Part shown: positions 58,836 through 64,000 of the stretch, one piece after another
Numbering within the stretch: position 1 is the first letter of the stretch
Layout: every line of letters starts with the position of its first letter
Origin: a virus
Taxonomy: Duplodnaviria > Caudoviricetes
IMG/VR virus record: IMGVR_UViG_3300028888_000134
Coordinates: 1,831 to 65,830 of that record
Length of the DNA stretch: 64,000 nucleotides
Reading direction: 5' to 3' (one strand)
Position numbers and translations under genes: made by a program
Notes under the pieces: generated by a model
What the model saw: only the letters and a program-made list of their open reading frames with translations
The model's database searches: none
What the model was told of the DNA's origin: nothing

Positions 58836-60449
58836 TTAATCATCATTTTCTTCAGTTTCAAAAGTTTTATCCAATATATCATAAATAGTACCAAGTTTGA
58901 TTCCCCATTTTTTTGATTTAAAAATTCCTGTTTGGAAATCCTCATCAATAATATTTAGCAATTTATCAGGTAATATACCATTTTCCACCAATTCATCAAC
59001 ATCAGATTGTTTTAAGTTGTTGATAATGTTATCATATAATTCAATTTCTTTTTTTACATCTTTATTTTTTATTTGTTCTTGTCTTTCAATATAATCATTT
59101 TTGATTTCATCCCAATTCATACCGTCAATATTTTCAATATATGTTGGTACTTTATTGATTGATAGCCAAAATTTAATTTCTTTATCTTCCATTGTCATCA
59201 ATGCTTCATAAGTATCCTGATCTGTTATATTAAATGGTTGACCCGATACCAATTTACATTCTTCTTCAGTGAAACTTTTCCTATCTTTTGGATTTGAAAT
59301 TAAAATATTGTCTATTTCCTTACCTTTTTCATTAATCGTTGTCCTTACATTCCTGTCAAACACAACCAATAACGGTTTGATACGCTTGTTAAACATTTCA
59401 ATGTATTTTGCACGATTATATTCAAAATTTTCATCACAATAATGGTCTTCTTCGTCCTCAACAAGGTCATTTGACAACATTACACAGTTGAAAATTATCT
59501 CATCTTCATCAAAAATTGTTATATTTTTACCTTTAAATAGATAATTATTAGCAAAATCAAGCCTTGATTTAGCAAATTCAGAATCTGAATACTCTTTATA
59601 GTATTTTTTATACTCTTTTTCAATGTATTTTGTTAAAGAAATGACATTTCCTTTTCTGTCAAGCAGTTTTTCGCCATTTTCATCAGTTGCATAATCAATT
59701 TTTTTACCCTTTTCGTCAAGATAATAATACTTTGTGACACGTTTCACGTCACTTTCACCTTTCTTATTACCAGTATTGATGAAATATACCGAATCCCCCA
59801 TGTTTACATTGAGATTTTCCTTTATTGCAAGTTCATACCAAGCCTGTCTTGCTCTTTTTGTACCCGCTTTTGTCACTTCCTTGCATTTTTCCTTTTTTTC
59901 CCTTATACTTTTCTTTATTTTTCCAACAGAAGCAATGTCCTTCAAGGGAATTTGCATGTTGTATATCTTCTCAATATAATCATAATAGTATTCAATGAAC
60001 TCTTTGCCCTTATTATGAAGCAACAATTTTGCCGCTTCATTGATGAATTTCTCGATATAAATTGGCATTTTCTTCGATTTTAGGGTATTGCCAACCATTT
60101 TTATTTCTCCATTATCCAAAAGGTCAAGATAATTCTTTCTGGCACAAGTTATGTTTGATGGAATAACCTCATCTTCGTCTAATCCCATTTTTCCTCTCAT
60201 AAAAAGGTCATTGAACTCCATAATGTCACCCCACTCATCACAATATTCCTTACCCTTTTCAACAAGACGGTTCAACCCTTTGCCAATGTAAGGATGTTCT
60301 TTTGTATATCTGAACTCATTTGGCATTTGGAAATTGAATCCATCCGTATTGCTTAAAATATTGAGTCCTAATGCGTTTACAACAGTACCATCAAGACTTA
60401 TATCAAATACATATTCATTTGATTGGTAGTTTACTATTTTACTTTTCAT
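58836..60449 (-). CDS. polB: Split-intein IntC fused to C-terminal part of family-B DNA polymerase
   Basis: After 34 intein-like residues ending ILSN comes TDG (second half of motif C, DTDG), then RKNY, GNTLKSKKMPIYIEKF palm/thumb motifs. Confidence 0.85.
   Translation of the reverse strand: MKSKIVNYQSNEYVFDISLDGTVVNALGLNILSNTDGFNFQMPNEFRYTKEHPYIGKGLNRLVEKGKEYCDEWGDIMEFNDLFMRGKMGLDEDEVIPSNITCARKNYLDLLDNGEIKMVGNTLKSKKMPIYIEKFINEAAKLLLHNKGKEFIEYYYDYIEKIYNMQIPLKDIASVGKIKKSIREKKEKCKEVTKAGTKRARQAWYELAIKENLNVNMGDSVYFINTGNKKGESDVKRVTKYYYLDEKGKKIDYATDENGEKLLDRKGNVISLTKYIEKEYKKYYKEYSDSEFAKSRLDFANNYLFKGKNITIFDEDEIIFNCVMLSNDLVEDEEDHYCDENFEYNRAKYIEMFNKRIKPLLVVFDRNVRTTINEKGKEIDNILISNPKDRKSFTEEECKLVSGQPFNITDQDTYEALMTMEDKEIKFWLSINKVPTYIENIDGMNWDEIKNDYIERQEQIKNKDVKKEIELYDNIINNLKQSDVDELVENGILPDKLLNIIDEDFQTGIFKSKKWGIKLGTIYDILDKTFETEENDD
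60348..60449 (-). mobile_element. IntC half (34 aa) of a split intein
   Basis: MKSKIVNYQSNEYVFDISLDGTVVNALGLNILSN/T: block F (YVFDIS) and block G ending Ser-Asn, with +1 Thr. Confidence 0.8.
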
Positions 60450-60461
60450 ATTTTTTGCGTT

Positions 60462-62327
60462 TTAAAAATTATTTTCCCATTTATATACTTTTGTTCCACA
60501 ATCATATATTCTATACCATTTTTGTCGTTTGCAAAACTCTCGTTCTGTTATGTTATTTGGACAATTATATTTTTTTTGCAATATGCTTTTTCTAAAATTG
60601 AAACGATTCTTTCTGACTGTTCCTATAATATAAAAGTAATTAGGTTTTGAAAAATGTGAAAAATTAAATCCTAATTTTTCATACAAATTTCCAATAGACC
60701 ATCTTCTATCAGCATAACTCACAACGGATTTTGGGTTATATATTTTAATAAAATGTTTAAATAACTTACTTGCTCCACCTATTACATTTGTGTTAAGTTT
60801 ATTACAGAATCTTAATAATTCATATTCTGTTTCTCCATTGCCAATAAAATGTCTAGATTTTCCAAATGTCATTAAAGAAACTAATTCTTCATTATAATAT
60901 AAACCTAATTTAATTTGACTTGCACACCATCCTTGAATATGATTGTTCTTTAAAAATAAACTTGCTTCACTATTATCAACTTCTTTTATTTTACACTTTC
61001 TTGCAAATATTTTGATTTTGGTTAAACCTAAAATATTGTCTAACATAGATATCCATATTTTAGATTTGTGAAGCCACTCATCTTCAAAAATGTGAATTAA
61101 TCTAATGCCTTGTTTTTCACATTCAAGAGTTTTGTTAAGATGATATTCTTTTTCTTTCTTTAATTCACAATGCCAATATAAACCATCATATTCGATTGCA
61201 ATATTTTTTTCTGGTATGAAAATGTCTAATTCATTTCCCTTTAATACTTTTCTGTCATTTGCTATTGTGTTCGGAAATTTTTCTTTAATGTATTCATATA
61301 TTTTATTCTCATTAACTGAATAATTTAAATTATGGTATGGACACCCATGTCCCTGTAAAAATGAATTTGCTTCGACTTCAAATTCTCTTCCACAATCATT
61401 ACACCTTATCTGAATTTTTTCATCTGATGAAATATACTCTCCAATAACAGTATATAAATCACCATATAGTCTTTTTACATCTAACTCAAACTGTGCTTGT
61501 GTTTTAGTTTTATTTTGTGATATGCTTAATTTGCTACATTTTGGACATCCATTATATAGTTTGCTATATAAAAAAGCACCAGGTGTTCTTTCAAATATAT
61601 TCCCACAACAATTGCATTTAAATTTTAATTTTGTTGATGTGTTTAAGTATTCTTCCTTATTAACGACATCAATATTCGGATATTTTTCTTTTAAAAACTT
61701 TTCAAAATCAGAAAACGATTTCTTTTTAAAATCACCATTATGAGAACGTCCACATTTTTGACAAATATCATTACCGTTAAATAAATCACTTATATATTTT
61801 TCATATACACCATGTTTAGCACATAACAACTCTACTTTATCACTGTTTTTATTTTTAAAACCATCAAATGGAATAATTTCATTTTTTGTGTATAATTTTT
61901 TTAGTTCTTCATAACTTATCTGTTTTCCTTTCTGTTTTTCACAATTACAGCCTCCATAAGCAGAAGTGATAAAATCACACGCAACTTTTGTAAAAACATT
62001 ACCGCATAGATTGCATTTTACAGTAATTTTGTTATGACTTCCTTTGTATTCTTCATCTATATATGGAAATGAATATCTATCACCAAACCTTTGTTTGGAT
62101 TTTTCAACAAAAGAATAATTAGTTTTTCTTTCTTTATAACAGCATTTTGGACAACCATGCCCTAATAAATGATTATGTGGTGTCTGTTGAAAACGAGTTC
62201 CACATTCAGTATGTGTTATCCACATTTTTTCTTTTGTGTTAACATAAGATTTTTCTTCATAGATATAATCATCCCCATGTATCTCTTTTGCCTTTTTAAG
62301 GAAATCTTCAAATGATAATCTTTTCAT
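60462..62327 (-). mobile_element. Hef-like homing endonuclease gene upstream of the polB C-half
   Basis: CxxC/GCPKC zinc repeats, ELDIFIPEKNIAIEYDGLYWH nuclease core, NHIQG...ELLRFCNKL...RIYDCG tail. TATTTATA (-) at 62353-62360. Confidence 0.85.
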
Positions 62328-62450
62328 AATAAAATTTTATTTGTGTTATATCTATAAATATATATTTGAGGCAAAAAGTTCATCAAAATCTGATTTTATG
62401 TTACATATATAGTGTTTATTGTTTAAATAACAAAATAATAAATGCTAATT

Positions 62451-64000
62451 TTACTTAAAATTCCATTTATAAACCATTGTTCCACAATCATAAATTCTAT
62501 ATATTCCTTTTTCCAACATTATTTCGTGTTCGGTTTTATTTTTATCAAAACCTTGTTTAATCAGTTGTCCTTTTCTATATTTAAAACGGTTTTCACGTTC
62601 TTGTCCAAATATGTAGAAATAATTTGGTTTACTATCGTGTGTGTGTAGAAAACCTAATGTTTCATATAAATTACCAACAGACCATCTTTTATCCGCATAT
62701 GTTATTATTTCATTTGGTTTTATATCATCAATAAAATGTTTTAATAATTTACTTGCACCACCAATAACATTGGTGTTCAATTTATTACAGAACCTCAATA
62801 ATTCATATGTATTATTATAGTCTTTGTTGTATTTTCGTTGTTGTCTTGTGTGTCCGAAAGTCATCAGACTTACTAATTCATCATTATAAAATAGACCATA
62901 ATGATATTTTGCTTTACATCTGCCTTGTATGTGGTTTTTATCAAGAAATTCCATTGCTTCCTTTGATGAAACGTCTTTTACATTACATTTTCTTGCAAAT
63001 ATCCTATTTTCGGTATATTCTAAAATATTCCTTAACATTGACTTTATAATATCTGAGTGTTCCAACCATTCGTCTTCGAATATATGAATAAGTCTGATTC
63101 CTTTATTTTTACACTCATTTGTTTTTATAAGATGATAGTTTTTATCCCTATTGAATTTCTCAGAGTGCCATATAAGACCATTGTATTCAATTGCAACATT
63201 TTTAGAAGGTATGTATATATCAAGTTCTTTATTTTCGGATAATATATTTCTTACTCTTTGTTTTACATTATCTTTACCTAAAGTACTACAACAAAAATCA
63301 TATATTTCACTTTCACCGTTTGATATTATCTTAGCACAGTGAGGGCAACCTTGTCCTATTAAATGATTTCCGGGTGTCTGACAGAATTCACCGTGTACGG
63401 GACAGATTATACACACCTTGGTAGAATTGTTTTTATATTCAACCTTTGAGTAATCATATTTGTCACCATGTATTAATTTTGCCTTATAAATAAAATTCTG
63501 AAGTGTATCTCGTTGTGCGTTGTCCGTTCTATTTCTTGCACATTTTGGACAACCTTGTGGATTTGTTTTATGTAAGTGGTTATCTGGTGTCATCCAAAAC
63601 GAACCATGTTCATTACCATATTCATCCTTTTCGTGACAGATTATTTCGATTTTCTCATAACACTTTGTATATACTGATTTAGAATAATCATATTTATCAG
63701 AGTGTACTTCCTTTGCTTTATTTAAAAACCACTCGTTAGTGTGTGTCTTTGATAAAGATGATTTTTCATAACGACATTTTGGACATCCCTGACCTTGCAG
63801 GTGTTTTTGTGGTGTTTGTTCGAAATCTATATTATGTTTATTACAATGAATTATACCCTTTGTTTTTTTGTTTATAAAGTTAAAATTATCATAACTGTAT
63901 GCTTCTTCTCCATGAATCTTTTTTGCTTCTGCAATGAACAGTTCCTTTGTCATATATTTACCATTACATTTAGGACAACCATCACCTCTTTTTAAGTGAC
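62451..64000 (-). mobile_element. Second Hef-like homing endonuclease gene, 5'-truncated by the window edge
   Basis: Frame stays open to 64000 (HLKRGDGCPKCNGKY-MTKE); ELDIYIPSKNVAIEYNGLIWH core; same C-terminal domain. Confidence 0.85.

Noticed and set aside
58836-60449. Pairing of the polB IntC with the clpX IntN
   Set aside because: Both are only 34 aa; together they lack block B and most of the Hint fold.
42-63995. Many 60-230 aa ORFs antisense to or overlapping long genes (e.g. 14197..14892, 21411..21980, 24332..24841, 52238..52732)
   Set aside because: They are shadow frames of strongly supported genes, with biased composition and no motifs.
1-64000. TAG-to-Gln recoding as in Lak megaphages and some crAss-like phages
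   Set aside because: Long structural and replication genes (terL, capsid, fibres) are intact in the standard code and no gene is fragmented by TAG. TAG is merely rare as a stop (e.g. 1681, 7884, 47367).
1-64000. tRNA, rRNA, group I intron or CRISPR features
   Set aside because: Intergenic gaps are short and explained by promoters and terminators. No cloverleaf, T-loop, intron core or repeat-spacer pattern was seen by eye; tRNAscan and Infernal were not run.

Overview
The window is 64 kb of an AT-rich, densely coding T4-like jumbo myophage in the standard genetic code, with no evidence of TAG recoding. The host is probably Bacteroidales (Prevotella-like). This is inferred from TTTG-N19/20-TAnnTTTG promoters and from peptidase C10/dockerin, FISUMP and BspA-LRR domains. 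Core genes are terminase large subunit, scaffold, gp23-type major capsid, gp55-like sigma factor, gp5-like baseplate spike, fibre/adhesin modules, dNMP kinase, dUTPase, two glycosyltransferases, ClpC-like and ClpX unfoldases, and the C-terminal half of a family-B DNA polymerase. Five things stand out. (1) ClpX is fractured in its Walker A motif by an atypically split mini-intein (34-aa IntN, 122-aa IntC, +1 Thr), with a possible homing-endonuclease scar in the spacer. (2) DNA polymerase is fractured at motif C by a second split intein (34-aa IntC, +1 Thr), with at least two Hef-like endonuclease genes upstream; the N-half is outside the window. (3) A shared leader/processing motif (K-x-I-x-[LI]-T-E...[LI]-N-E) marks about 10 proteins, including enzymatic polyproteins (2H phosphoesterase, nucleotidyltransferase, two kinase-like modules, WYL), suggesting a capsid-packaged, protease-processed effector cargo. 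(4) The ClpC-like ATPase has a degenerate first ring. (5) A TATTTATA putative late-promoter motif precedes most structural genes. Domain calls come from motif recognition by eye; no database searches were run. No tRNA, rRNA or CRISPR array was seen.
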